From assembly GCA_043745805.1 (NCBI GenBank), contig JAYTSD010000017.1, positions 128,001 through 192,000 on the forward strand: a stretch of 64,000 nt of DNA, in the 5' to 3' direction. Each line of letters opens with the position of its first letter. Position 1 is the first letter of the stretch. Below, in pieces: positions 19,908 to 29,585 of this stretch. Position numbers and translations under genes: made by a program. This DNA comes from Fibrobacteria bacterium (GTDB lineage: Bacteria > Fibrobacterota > Fibrobacteria > UBA11236). The notes below the pieces were generated by a model that saw nothing but the letters and a program-made list of their open reading frames with translations, was not told the origin of the DNA and searched no databases.

Positions 19908-20888
19908 TCAGTTACGATAGGTAACTTGTCTTGCAGCTTGGATTATTTTTTCCACCGATGGCAAGGTGGCTGCTTCTAAATTAGCAGCGTATGGCATGGG
20001 GTTTTCGCTTTGGGCAATACGCACAATAGGCGCATCGAGATAATCAAAAAGGTTAGAGTAAATGCTTTCGGCAATTTGCGCACCCACGCTGGAAAAGAAA
20101 TGTCCTTCTTCAGCAATCACCACGCGATTAGTTTTCTTTACACTTTGCGCGATAAGCTCCATATCGAGAGGTTTTAAAGTACGCGGATCCAAAATTTCCG
20201 CATTGATTTCTTGTTTGGCTAATTCTTCAGCCGCCTTCATAGCATAGCCGCAAGTACGTGACCAAGCAATAATGGTTACATCTTTACCTTCGCGTTTAAT
20301 ATCGCCTTTACCGATGGGAATGATATATTCATTATCGGGAACATCTTCTTTAAGATTATAAGCCATTTCGTTTTCTAAAAAGATCACCGGATCATTGCAA
20401 CGAATAGCGGCTTTAAGCATACCTTTTGCATCGGCAGGCGTTGACGGAGCCATCACATAAAGCCCAGGGAAATGCGCATAAATACTTTCCATATTATGCG
20501 AATGTTGCGAAGAAACACGAGGTCCCGCACCATTAGGACCGCGAAACACAATAGGAATATTAAATAAACCACCGGACATATAATACATCTTGGCCGCATT
20601 AGAAATAATTTGATCAATGGCTACTAAGGAAAAATTCATACTCATGAATTCTACTATAGGACGTAAGCCCATCATAGCCGCACCTACAGCCAAACCTGCA
20701 AACCCGGATTCGGAAATAGGGGTATCAATTACGCGCTTTGGACCAAAATGATCCAATAAACCTTTAGTGACTTTGTAAGCACCATTGAATTCGGCAACTT
20801 CTTCCCCTAAAATGAAAACTTTTTCATCGCGGGTCATTTCTTCTTTCAAAGCTAAATTTAAAGCTTCTCTCATTTCAAGCGTGGCCAC
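19908..20888 (-). CDS. pdhB: Pyruvate dehydrogenase E1 beta
   Basis: GEEVAE.NGAYKVT, DTPISESGF, FRGPNG, MPYAANLE. Confidence 0.95.
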   Translation of the reverse strand: MATLEMREALNLALKEEMTRDEKVFILGEEVAEFNGAYKVTKGLLDHFGPKRVIDTPISESGFAGLAVGAAMMGLRPIVEFMSMNFSLVAIDQIISNAAKMYYMSGGLFNIPIVFRGPNGAGPRVSSQHSHNMESIYAHFPGLYVMAPSTPADAKGMLKAAIRCNDPVIFLENEMAYNLKEDVPDNEYIIPIGKGDIKREGKDVTIIAWSRTCGYAMKAAEELAKQEINAEILDPRTLKPLDMELIAQSVKKTNRVVIAEEGHFFSSVGAQIAESIYSNLFDYLDAPIVRIAQSENPMPYAANLEAATLPSVEKIIQAARQVTYRN

Positions 20889-21883
20889 TATTTCACCTCA
20901 TCCATATAAACGTGCATCGTTAATTCTTCCAATGGGGGTTCGGGACTTTCATCCGCAAACTCTAAAGCGTCTTGTACTAAATCTTTAATTTTTTTCTGTA
21001 GCGTTTTAAATTCATCTTCTTTTAAAATCTTTTCATCAATCACAAATTTGGTGAGTGCATGCAAAGGATCTTTTGCTTTATAACAATCCACTTCTTCCTT
21101 ACTGCGATAAAGTCCCGCATCCGAAACCGAGTGGCCAGTATAGCGATAGGTTTTCATATGCACTAAAGCGGGGCGACGTGTAGTACGGGTTTCATGCACA
21201 ATTTGTTGCATTTTTTCTTGCACTTCAAAAAAGTTCATGCCGTCAATGGTATAACCTTTAACACCATAAGCTTCGGCTTTAGAAGCAATATCGGTATTCG
21301 CAATAGCGCGAGTATTCGCTGTGCCCATGCCATATTGATTATCTTCACAAATAAAAATGGCCGGTAAATCCCAGAGCGCGGCCAAATTCATACATTCATG
21401 GAAAGTGCCTTGCACCGTGGCTCCATCGCCAAAGAAAATAAAACTCACGGCATTATCTTCATTGTAATTGGATTTAAAAGCGGCACCGATACCGATACCA
21501 AATTGACCGCCTACAATACCATGTCCGCCAAGGAAATTATGTTCCTTGGAGAAAAAATGCATAGAGCCGCCTTTGCCACGCGCGCAACCAGTCACTTTAC
21601 CAAAAAGTTCCGCCATACCGGCACGAGGCGACAAGCCTAAAGCTAAGGAAAGACCATGACAACGATAAGTGGTGACAACGGAATCTTGGGGAAGTTTATG
21701 CTCCAAGGTTCCTACGCCAACAGCCTCTTGACCTATATAAGTATGTAAAAAACCGGCAATTTTCTTTTGTTGATAAGCTTTGATGCTGGCTTCTTCAAAG
21801 AAGCGGATAATCAGCATTTTTTCGAGGGCACTTAAGAGTTTTTCCTTAGAAAAACTCTTTTTCTCTTTTTTTACGCTTTCCAT
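20888..21883 (-). CDS. pdhA: Pyruvate dehydrogenase E1 alpha
   Basis: GFLHTYIGQEA, GKGGSMH, TPP motif GDGA...N, YRYTGHSVSD. Confidence 0.95.
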   Translation of the reverse strand: MESVKKEKKSFSKEKLLSALEKMLIIRFFEEASIKAYQQKKIAGFLHTYIGQEAVGVGTLEHKLPQDSVVTTYRCHGLSLALGLSPRAGMAELFGKVTGCARGKGGSMHFFSKEHNFLGGHGIVGGQFGIGIGAAFKSNYNEDNAVSFIFFGDGATVQGTFHECMNLAALWDLPAIFICEDNQYGMGTANTRAIANTDIASKAEAYGVKGYTIDGMNFFEVQEKMQQIVHETRTTRRPALVHMKTYRYTGHSVSDAGLYRSKEEVDCYKAKDPLHALTKFVIDEKILKEDEFKTLQKKIKDLVQDALEFADESPEPPLEELTMHVYMDEVK

Positions 21884-22274
21884 TCAATACCTTTCATTTT
21901 CTTACTTGTCACTTTTCATATTTCACGCATTAAAAGCAATGTAACTGGGCATAAAGCTTGCCTTATAGCTCAAAATCGAATCCATCTCCTGATTTCTGCT
22001 CCAAAAGGCAAAAATGTTACTTGAGAGGCTTGGATTGATGTTTTGGTTTTTCATTTGTTGCAGAAACTTAATAAAAAATTCATATATTGCATATTTCAAG
22101 TTAAGATCATTTCAGAAAAAAACCTTGTTTGCCAAAAAATTGTCGATTTTCATTCCATCTTGTTTTTTCATGAATACGAAATTAGCCTTTAAGTCCTAGT
22201 TTTTGATAAATTAAACTTACCCGATTATTGTAATGGGGACATGGGAAAATTGCAATCTTAATTATGAGGGTTTC

Positions 22275-22757
22275 ATGACTACAGAAAATACCGATAAGGC
22301 TTTGGCCATTGGCAAAATAACTTCCGGCTTATTCATTGTAACTGCAGGTAAAAATGAAGTTTATGATGGTTACTTGGCTTCTTGGATTCAACAAGTGTCC
22401 TTTGAACCCTTATTACTTTCTATTGCAATGAAACCAGGTCGGCCCTGTTATGATTTTATTCAAGAAAATGGAATTTTCTGCATAAATATCGTGGGATCGG
22501 AAAATAATGGCCTGATGAAACCCTTTTGGAAAGGCTATGATCCGCAAATTTCTCCCTTCGAGGGTTTACAAAAAAGCATTTCTAGCCAGGGAAGTCTCAT
22601 TTTGCTCGATGCCATGGCTGCTATTGAATGCAAAATGCTTTCATCGATCAAACCTGGAGATCATGAAATCTTAATTGCCGAAGTTTTAGCCAGCTATACG
22701 CTGAAAGAAAAAGATAAACCTTTAGCCCATGTGCGAAAATCTGGTTCGAGCTATTAG
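22275..22757 (+). CDS. Flavin reductase-like FMN-binding protein
   Basis: GLFIVT, ASWIQQVSFEP, GDH, HVRKSG..Y. Confidence 0.88.
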   Translation: MTTENTDKALAIGKITSGLFIVTAGKNEVYDGYLASWIQQVSFEPLLLSIAMKPGRPCYDFIQENGIFCINIVGSENNGLMKPFWKGYDPQISPFEGLQKSISSQGSLILLDAMAAIECKMLSSIKPGDHEILIAEVLASYTLKEKDKPLAHVRKSGSSY

Positions 22758-22844
22758 GGCATTTTTACTGTAACATACAAGGACACTTGGCGACTTATAA
22801 GTAAACGTAGGATGTTTAAAAGCTTGGGTTATAAAGGAAAAATC

Positions 22845-24086
22845 ATGCACTCGACAATGAATTTATGGCGGCCTGCTACTTTGGGTTTAATGGGTTTACT
22901 AATAGTTTTGCTATGTATAAAACTATTACCCGCCTCTAATAGTTATTTAGAAAAAGTCTCCGAAACAGCCGATCAAGCGGCAGCCCGTGAAGCCAAGGCC
23001 TTAGCCGATCCGAATTTAGCATTAGCCACCTTTGCTGGAGGATGTTTTTGGTGTATGGAAACTGCTTATGAACATGTGCCCGGTGTAAAGGCCGTAATAT
23101 CAGGGTTCTCCGGCGGTGCTGAAAAAAATCCCACTTATGAACAAGTAGGGGAGGGATTAACCGGCCATGCCGAGTCGGTGCAAGTGCATTATGACCCTAC
23201 TATGATCAGCTACGCTTCCCTAGTGGAAATTTTTTGGCGGCAAATTAATCCTACGGATGCCGGAGGTCAATATGCTGATCGTGGTAAACAATATCGAACA
23301 GCTATCTTTTATCATAATACAGAGCAAAAAGGTATAGTGGATGCTTCGGAATTACAATTAATCAAGAGTGGTCGTTTTAATAAGCCTATTGTGACAGAAA
23401 TTACAGCGTATAATGCTTTTTATGCTGCGGAAGAATATCATCAAAATTTTTATTTAAAGGATCCTTTCCGTTATAAAAGCTATCGAAAAGGGTCGGGTCG
23501 TGTGGACTATTTGGCTAAAACTTGGAAAGATGAAAAGGAGATAAAAATGATTCCTGTAAATGCAGATAATGATGGTGTGGAAAATAAAATGGGTGAGGAA
23601 AAAAAAGATAATATGAACAATAAAGTTAAAGTAACTTCTCGATTCACCAAGCCTTCGGCGAATGAATTAAAGAAAAAACTAAGTCCCGTGCAATATCGTG
23701 TCACTCAAGAAAGTGGCACAGAACGGCCTTTTGAAAATGAATTTTGGGACAACCATAAAGACGGCCTATATGTCGATATTGTTTCTGGCGAAGCCTTATT
23801 TAGTTCTGCAGATAAATTTAATAGCGGTACCGGTTGGCCAAGCTTTACTAAGCCCGTGGATAAAAATAGCTTGAAGTCACTAGGTGACAATAGCCTTGGT
23901 ATGGATAGAATGGAAGTGCGTAGTAAATTAGGCGATTCGCATTTGGGGCATGTATTTGACGATGGACCAAAGCCGATGGGTTTGCGTTACTGTATAAATT
24001 CCGCCTCTTTACGTTTTATCCCTAAGGAAAAACTTGAAGCTGAAGGTTATGGAAATTGGAAAATGCTTTTCGAGAAAAAGCCCTAG
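22845..24086 (+). CDS. msrAB: Exported bifunctional methionine sulfoxide reductase MsrA/MsrB
   Basis: N-terminal TM/signal. MsrA motifs GGCFWC and AEEYHQ; MsrB motifs [14 protein letters not shown] and RYCINS. Confidence 0.93.
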   Translation: MHSTMNLWRPATLGLMGLLIVLLCIKLLPASNSYLEKVSETADQAAAREAKALADPNLALATFAGGCFWCMETAYEHVPGVKAVISGFSGGAEKNPTYEQVGEGLTGHAESVQVHYDPTMISYASLVEIFWRQINPTDAGGQYADRGKQYRTAIFYHNTEQKGIVDASELQLIKSGRFNKPIVTEITAYNAFYAAEEYHQNFYLKDPFRYKSYRKGSGRVDYLAKTWKDEKEIKMIPVNADNDGVENKMGEEKKDNMNNKVKVTSRFTKPSANELKKKLSPVQYRVTQESGTERPFENEFWDNHKDGLYVDIVSGEALFSSADKFNSGTGWPSFTKPVDKNSLKSLGDNSLGMDRMEVRSKLGDSHLGHVFDDGPKPMGLRYCINSASLRFIPKEKLEAEGYGNWKMLFEKKP

Positions 24087-24142
24087 TTTAGAATTCGAAT
24101 TGACCCGATCATGGTAATTCTCGCAACAGTGTTGCGTGAATT

Positions 24143-25690
24143 TTAGTTTAAATAAACTGGCGCGCTTATAGCCAGCTTTTTTTCCGAAGTCCAAGCTTCG
24201 GCACGGTAATATAAACCGGTGTTTAACGCATGTTCTCTTTCAATGTGATAAGCACCTGAACGAAGCTCCCAAGTCTTTTCAATACTTTCTTGTGAACCGC
24301 CAAGTTTCCCCATGAACAAATGAATTTTTTGTAGTTCTCCAAAATCAGGTGAGGAATGCGCTGCTATTTTAATTTTATTGGCTTCGGTTTTTAAGGAAAT
24401 AACTGGCCCATCGGTGATACAAATATCACCATTATTAATGGCTTTTTGATATCCCTCAATACTTTTGTTTTCAGTTTTCACAACGGTACGCACCGAACCT
24501 AAAACATGCTTACGACTGTGGTATAAGGAAAACATGGGCATTTTAACGCCGATATTCTGATTTAAATCTCCATGAGCATCACTCGATCCAATCGGCAAAT
24601 AGCGATTGCCTTTGAGTAATTCACTAACCCATAAAGCTCTTCCATGCGAAAAATCAATACCACGATGACCATTCCAAAATTGTAAGCCAGTAACACTGCG
24701 AGTCTTTTCTTTGGTTTGTAAATCTTGTGCATGCCACATGCCACGACGGAAAATCATTTGCTCTAAGCGACTTACTTTAACGCGTGGGTGTGCAGCAAAG
24801 GCTGGAATTTTACCAATGCGTTCTAAGACTTCCTCAATTTTTAAATCGGGTTTATTATTGAACCAACGTCGTCCGCCATCACCATGGCCCGGAATAAATT
24901 CTGGATGCCCCATTACCAAAAGATGCACATTTTCACCACGACTATTGCCGCAGGAAACTTCTTCACCAGGAATAAGAGTGGGGAAGTGTTCCTGTTTCGT
25001 TTCGTTTAACTGCAAAGCTTCTTGACGATAATTTTGAAAATTTTTAAAAGGATCGGTAGGTTGCATATATTGATCTTTACGATAGTAAAAATCATAAGAA
25101 TGATCGGTACAGCAAACAAAGCCCAAGCCTAAAGCCGCTCCAGCTTCCTGTAACACTTTTAAAGGCGCTCCATATTCCACAGGATCATTGGAATAGTCCG
25201 AATGGCAATGTAACTCCCCTGCTACCCAATGCTCGGGATAGGGTAAGGCATGGGCCAAGCGCTGCACTTGTAAAGACGGTGTTTGTAGGCTAGGAAAATT
25301 GCCATTGAAAATAATTTGCAGCTTGCCATTTTTTTCAATTACAATTTTTGTGTGTAGGGTATAGGTATCTGGTTGTTTAGGTAGCTTTAATGCAAGAGGA
25401 AAAAATAAAAGATTTTCATTGACTAAAAAATCGAAGGAAAAAGACTGTTGCGTTTTTTCTTGCTGCGCATGGATTTGTACATCCACACTTTTAACTTTTA
25501 TGGGAAAATAATCGGCATCTTTAATGATGAGATAAAAAATTGGATCACTGTCAGGTAAACAAATGCTCGGCCCATCTATAAAAACTTCTGGCCACTTTTT
25601 ATGTAGCGGTGACCATAGCAATTTGAATTTATAATGGGTTTCCGCGTAAGGTAAAGAAAATGGCGGTTTAAACATTCTATAAGGGTTCAC
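24143..25690 (-). CDS. PHP-domain metallohydrolase (CehA/McbA-like)
   Basis: GELHCHS, TDH, GEEVS, AHP, GSSDAH. Confidence 0.8.
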   Translation of the reverse strand: MNPYRMFKPPFSLPYAETHYKFKLLWSPLHKKWPEVFIDGPSICLPDSDPIFYLIIKDADYFPIKVKSVDVQIHAQQEKTQQSFSFDFLVNENLLFFPLALKLPKQPDTYTLHTKIVIEKNGKLQIIFNGNFPSLQTPSLQVQRLAHALPYPEHWVAGELHCHSDYSNDPVEYGAPLKVLQEAGAALGLGFVCCTDHSYDFYYRKDQYMQPTDPFKNFQNYRQEALQLNETKQEHFPTLIPGEEVSCGNSRGENVHLLVMGHPEFIPGHGDGGRRWFNNKPDLKIEEVLERIGKIPAFAAHPRVKVSRLEQMIFRRGMWHAQDLQTKEKTRSVTGLQFWNGHRGIDFSHGRALWVSELLKGNRYLPIGSSDAHGDLNQNIGVKMPMFSLYHSRKHVLGSVRTVVKTENKSIEGYQKAINNGDICITDGPVISLKTEANKIKIAAHSSPDFGELQKIHLFMGKLGGSQESIEKTWELRSGAYHIEREHALNTGLYYRAEAWTSEKKLAISAPVYLN

Positions 25691-25904
25691 CTTGTGGATA
25701 TTCGGAGTGAGAATTTTTTACAATAACAGAGTCATCGGTATTCAAATCTTCATTGAAGAGTGGAAAATAATCCCTTCTATCGTGAATTCTATCTTCTGCT
25801 CGCCGGTTAGCAAACTCGATAGTAATTTGATTTAAACGTCTTTCCGTTTTACGTAAGTCCCAAGAACCACCCTTAAAAACTCTGCTTTCATTTAAGTCAC
25901 TCAT
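25677..25904 (-). CDS. Small hypothetical protein with ERR/NRR/DRR motifs
   Basis: GGGGG RBS, ATG start, 14-nt overlap with the downstream PHP gene. Confidence 0.55.
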   Translation of the reverse strand: MSDLNESRVFKGGSWDLRKTERRLNQITIEFANRRAEDRIHDRRDYFPLFNEDLNTDDSVIVKNSHSEYPQGEPL

Positions 25905-26050
25905 ATAGACCCCCCAAAAAAATTAAAGCAATGAGCATGATTTAATATAAAATTAATAAGACTACGTATTCATTCTAATTTTTTTGCAATGCTATGATTT
26001 TCGAGACAAAATACAATTAAAGCAACAAAACTAGGCTTGTAAAGAATTTA

Positions 26051-26078
26051 AGTTTACATAATATATATTATGCGAATA
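26051..26078 (-). other. dif: dif site (XerC/XerD chromosome dimer resolution site)
   Basis: Minus strand reads TATTCGCATAA-TATATA-TTATGTAAACT (11-6-11). Spacer and XerD arm equal B. subtilis dif (TATATA TTATGTAAACT); XerC arm ends CGCATAA as in E. coli dif. Intergenic. Confidence 0.88.
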
Positions 26079-26104
26079 TAAACTTCATTTCTTAAATGGG
26101 GAGT

Positions 26105-26692
26105 TTAAAAATTTTCAGGCACTCTTAAGAGTTTTGTTTCAGTTGTAAACTCTTTAGCCTCTGTGCCATTTATTAACAATCTGTCTTTGGCATCCCAAAT
26201 CATTCTCATTATAAATTGATTTTTTGAAAGTTCTATTTTACTGGCAACTTGCTTTAATTTTGAGTGTGTAGGTTCATCGAGTTTAAAAGATAATCTGGAC
26301 CTTGCGGGACCTAAATTTGTAACCTTCGCTTTTTTTATCCAGGATATTCTATTCGATTTAGAAAGGTAATATCGCAACATAGATTTAAATGCATCAGGTG
26401 TTTCAAGTCTTGAATGATATCCAATACTTAAAAGCACATCATTTATAACCTCGGGAACCATATAATCAACAAATTCCGATTGCTTTTTGTAATATGGAGC
26501 AATTTTCGGAGTCGATTGTGGCGGCAAAAGCAATCTTTCATGGCAACTATCACAAAAGCCTTGTAAAACGTTCGGAATTTCATCCTTTTTTTCTGTTAAA
26601 TAGGGTCTATAGATAAATGTTACCGTAACAATAGATTTACAAGTTGGGCAAAATGCTTTTATTTTATCATTTTCATTAAATATTTTAGTCAT
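26105..26692 (-). CDS. Putative antitoxin: MqsA/YgiT-like CxxC..CxxC Zn ribbon plus tandem ribbon-helix-helix
   Basis: CPTC...PNVLQGFCDSC; RHH-like RLSFKLDEPTHSKLKQVASKIELSKNQFI. ATG 26692 overlaps the upstream stop (ATGA). Confidence 0.7.
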   Translation of the reverse strand: MTKIFNENDKIKAFCPTCKSIVTVTFIYRPYLTEKKDEIPNVLQGFCDSCHERLLLPPQSTPKIAPYYKKQSEFVDYMVPEVINDVLLSIGYHSRLETPDAFKSMLRYYLSKSNRISWIKKAKVTNLGPARSRLSFKLDEPTHSKLKQVASKIELSKNQFIMRMIWDAKDRLLINGTEAKEFTTETKLLRVPENF

Positions 26693-26973
26693 TGATGTAC
26701 CGATATAAAGAAACAATCTGGATCAACAAAATAAAGTTTGATATACCATTTTTGCGATTTAAATAAATGGACTGGTATTTTAAGGTCAGAGTGCAATTCA
26801 CTACAGGTGTATTCATTTCCATTACATCCCTTTAATATTTTTATAACCTCTGCCTCGCTTATTATGCCAATGGCAAATAAGTTTTTCTCGGCTTGGTCTA
26901 TCCTATTTTCATGTATATATTGACCTTTTAATAAGCAATCTATCACCTTTGCTCTTATAACTTTGAAATTCAT
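26689..26973 (-). CDS. Putative type II toxin, MqsR/DUF4258-like small RNase fold
   Basis: 94 aa; C-terminal WYIKLYF...FFISVH beta pattern; AAGGA RBS; coupled upstream of the Zn-ribbon partner. Confidence 0.6.
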   Translation of the reverse strand: MNFKVIRAKVIDCLLKGQYIHENRIDQAEKNLFAIGIISEAEVIKILKGCNGNEYTCSELHSDLKIPVHLFKSQKWYIKLYFVDPDCFFISVHQ

Positions 26974-27068
26974 TAAAAATTCCTTTATTTGATTTTTCCA
27001 TATTGTCGTTTCCTTAGTTTTCCATTACGACTATTCCGTTATTGGAACAGTTTCTTTTGGTTCCTATA

Positions 27069-27098
27069 ATGTTACAACAAAAGTTGGGTAAAAGTCAA
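27069..27098 (-). promoter_or_regulatory. Putative promoter of the TA-like pair with palindrome in the spacer
   Basis: Minus strand TTGACT-18-TAACAT; CAAC-AAAA-GTTG at 27075-27086. Confidence 0.45.
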
Positions 27099-27314
27099 TG
27101 TAAATCATTAAGATTTTCTGATAATTTTTATTTTTAGGTGGCTTTGTGACCCAAAAACACTTATTTAAGTGCTCATCGACATTAACTTTGGCATTGGATA
27201 TTAATCTGTACATTTTTAAGGCCATTTCCGGCTTGGTATTAGGTAGAACAGAACGGAAATTTCTGGAATCGAGCCATAATTCCAATATTTTGACCCGCTT
27301 AAAAGCTTTTACTT

Positions 27315-27932
27315 CTACTTTGGAGCCACTTCAAACCGAATCTCCGGTTTTTCGCCGTACAGCAAAATGTCGATTTGCTCCCAAACTTCTTCGCGCCCAA
27401 TTTTTTCCGAGGCGCTCGTTAAGCAAGGTTTAGCGGGAAAATCATAACGGGCTTTTAAATCTTCCACAGCTTTTTTGGCTTGCGCGCTAGTGAATTTATC
27501 AGCCTTGGTCGCGACAATCAAAATAGGGAAATCAAATTTAGACAACCAATCTAAAGCAGCTCGGTCCACTGGGCTATCCTGCATACGAATATCGATAAGA
27601 TAAAGTACACCATGGATTTGTGGAGAGCGTTTAAAATAAGTTTCCACTGTGGTTTCGAGCAAATGGCGTTTTTCTTTGCTGGCCTTGGCATAACCAAAGC
27701 CAGGAATATCCACAAAATAAAAGGCTTTATTAATGGAGAAAAAATTTAATTCGCGAGTTTTACCTGGGCGTGCACTGGTCTTTACCAAATTTTTACGCTC
27801 TAACAAAAAATTCAGCAGGGTGGACTTCCCCACATTGGAACGACCTGCCACGGCAATTTGCGGCATCTTATCTTTGGGATAATCTTTTTCTTCTACAATG
27901 CCACGGATAAATTCAGCGCTTTTAATTTTCAT
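27315..27932 (-). CDS. yihA: Ribosome biogenesis GTPase YihA/YsxC
   Basis: GRSNVGKS, PGKT, DIPGFGYA, TKADK. Confidence 0.95.
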   Translation of the reverse strand: MKIKSAEFIRGIVEEKDYPKDKMPQIAVAGRSNVGKSTLLNFLLERKNLVKTSARPGKTRELNFFSINKAFYFVDIPGFGYAKASKEKRHLLETTVETYFKRSPQIHGVLYLIDIRMQDSPVDRAALDWLSKFDFPILIVATKADKFTSAQAKKAVEDLKARYDFPAKPCLTSASEKIGREEVWEQIDILLYGEKPEIRFEVAPK

Positions 27933-28534
27933 GAGAGTTCCACACGGCCTTCAAAAGCCCTTTGTACGGTGAGTTCATCGACATATTCTAATTCGCTACC
28001 CACAGGAATGCCGCGCGCAAGTCGAGTAATGCGCACATTTTTTCCCGTTAATCTTTGCGCGATATACATAGAAGTTGCTTCGCCATCGGCATTCGTATTT
28101 AAAGCTAAAATCAATTCTACGCCTTCCTGGCAACGCTCAAAGAGGCTGGCCATATTTAATTCGGCGGGCCCAATTCCATCAAGCGGTGAAATCGATCCGC
28201 CTAAAATATGATACACACCACCAAAAACATCGGAGCGTTCAAAGGCAATCACATCAGCCGGTTTTTCGACTACGCAAATCAAATTTTGATGTCGACGAGT
28301 ACTACTACAAATGCGACATAAATCACGTTCTGTATAATTTCCACAACGGGTGCACGCATGAACATTTTGTTTGGCCGCGAGCATGGACTGAGCCAATTTT
28401 TGCACGGATTCGGATTTTTGTTGTAATAAATAATAGGCTAATCTTTGCGCCGATTTTTTACCGATGGAAGGTAATTTCGACAACTCCCCTACCAAATTTT
28501 CAATCAAAGTTTCGTCTTTGGAATATTCTGTCAT
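27929..28534 (-). CDS. recR: Recombination mediator RecR
   Basis: LPSIGKKSAQRLA, C4 zinc finger, YHILGG.ISPLDGIGP, GSELEYVD. Confidence 0.96.
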   Translation of the reverse strand: MTEYSKDETLIENLVGELSKLPSIGKKSAQRLAYYLLQQKSESVQKLAQSMLAAKQNVHACTRCGNYTERDLCRICSSTRRHQNLICVVEKPADVIAFERSDVFGGVYHILGGSISPLDGIGPAELNMASLFERCQEGVELILALNTNADGEATSMYIAQRLTGKNVRITRLARGIPVGSELEYVDELTVQRAFEGRVELS

Positions 28535-28643
28535 GGGCTAAAAATACTTTCCGCAATCATTTCCGTCCGATTTGTTTTTTTTTTCTGATTTTTTGTAATT
28601 TCTTCTCGAATTAAGAGGATTTAAATTTTTAACCATTGATATC

Positions 28644-29585
28644 GTGAAGACATTTCTTTTTATAGCATTTTTACTTTTACAAGCTTGGCCACAAGACTCT
28701 ACCTCCATTTTATCGGGCCAAAATCCCATGATTAAGGCTCCGGTTGACAGCGCTGCGATTCAGCCTGTTGCTGAAATCACTGCATTTAAAATAGATTCCA
28801 AAACGGCTTTCAGTCTCCCCTCCCCTCATGTGGGTGATTCCCTTGATTTTGTCATTTCTTTGGAATGGAAAGACATGCAAATTCCCATTATGGTGTTGGC
28901 TCCCGAAAGCTTAAGTTTTTCGGGTTTTAAAATTTTAGGCCAAAATACTCAGCATCAAAAATTAGTACGCGGCGAAAATGTGATTAATCATACCGAGTTT
29001 ATTTATCAGGTCAAGGCTATCACTCAAGGTGCAGGAAAAGCCTCCTCGATTAAATTGCGCTATATGTCTCCCCTATCTAAAAACGAAGAAGCCATTTTTG
29101 TACAACCTACTTTTATTGATATTGGCAAACAAAAAATTCCCTTTACGCATTCGTGGATTTTTAAAATCATCGTGGGCTTGGTTCTAGGAGTATTAGTTTA
29201 CTTTGGCATTCGCATGGGTTTGCAAAAATTAAAAGAAAGAAAAAAAGCCAAAACACCGTCGCAAAAAGATTTTTTACCTGCCCTACAGGCGATTAAAGCA
29301 CGCTTGTTGGTGGTAGATAGCAAAAGTGTGATCGAACAAATGGAAAAAATTTGCATTGATTTTTTAAGTGAAAAATTATCTTTGACACAAACGGGGATAT
29401 TAAAGTTTGAACCTTTATTGTTAAACTATTTGCCGACTTGTGAAGATGCGATGCAAAGCGAGTGGAAAGAATTACAAGGTTTGTTTCATCATGCCCGCTT
29501 TGCGGGTGGACAAAAAGCCAGTCATGAAATGCAAGATTATTATCGTCGATTAAAAAAATGCCTGAACCTAGGGGACAATGAATGA
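28644..29585 (+). CDS. BatD-like Ig/TM protein heading the MoxR-Bat cluster
   Basis: Signal peptide, VGD..F.I.LEW Ig pattern, TM helix, ARFAG tail. ATGA overlap with moxR. Confidence 0.6.
   Translation: MKTFLFIAFLLLQAWPQDSTSILSGQNPMIKAPVDSAAIQPVAEITAFKIDSKTAFSLPSPHVGDSLDFVISLEWKDMQIPIMVLAPESLSFSGFKILGQNTQHQKLVRGENVINHTEFIYQVKAITQGAGKASSIKLRYMSPLSKNEEAIFVQPTFIDIGKQKIPFTHSWIFKIIVGLVLGVLVYFGIRMGLQKLKERKKAKTPSQKDFLPALQAIKARLLVVDSKSVIEQMEKICIDFLSEKLSLTQTGILKFEPLLLNYLPTCEDAMQSEWKELQGLFHHARFAGGQKASHEMQDYYRRLKKCLNLGDNE

Noticed and set aside
27059-27069. GGTTCCTATAA resembles a Firmicutes-type XerC arm and could be a second att site bounding the TA islet
   Set aside because: No XerD arm follows, and it abuts the predicted promoter; too weak to call.
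27064-27433. ORFs 27064-27285 (-) and 27146-27433 (+)
   Set aside because: No RBS or recognisable motif, and they overlap the promoter or yihA. A gene remnant cannot be excluded.
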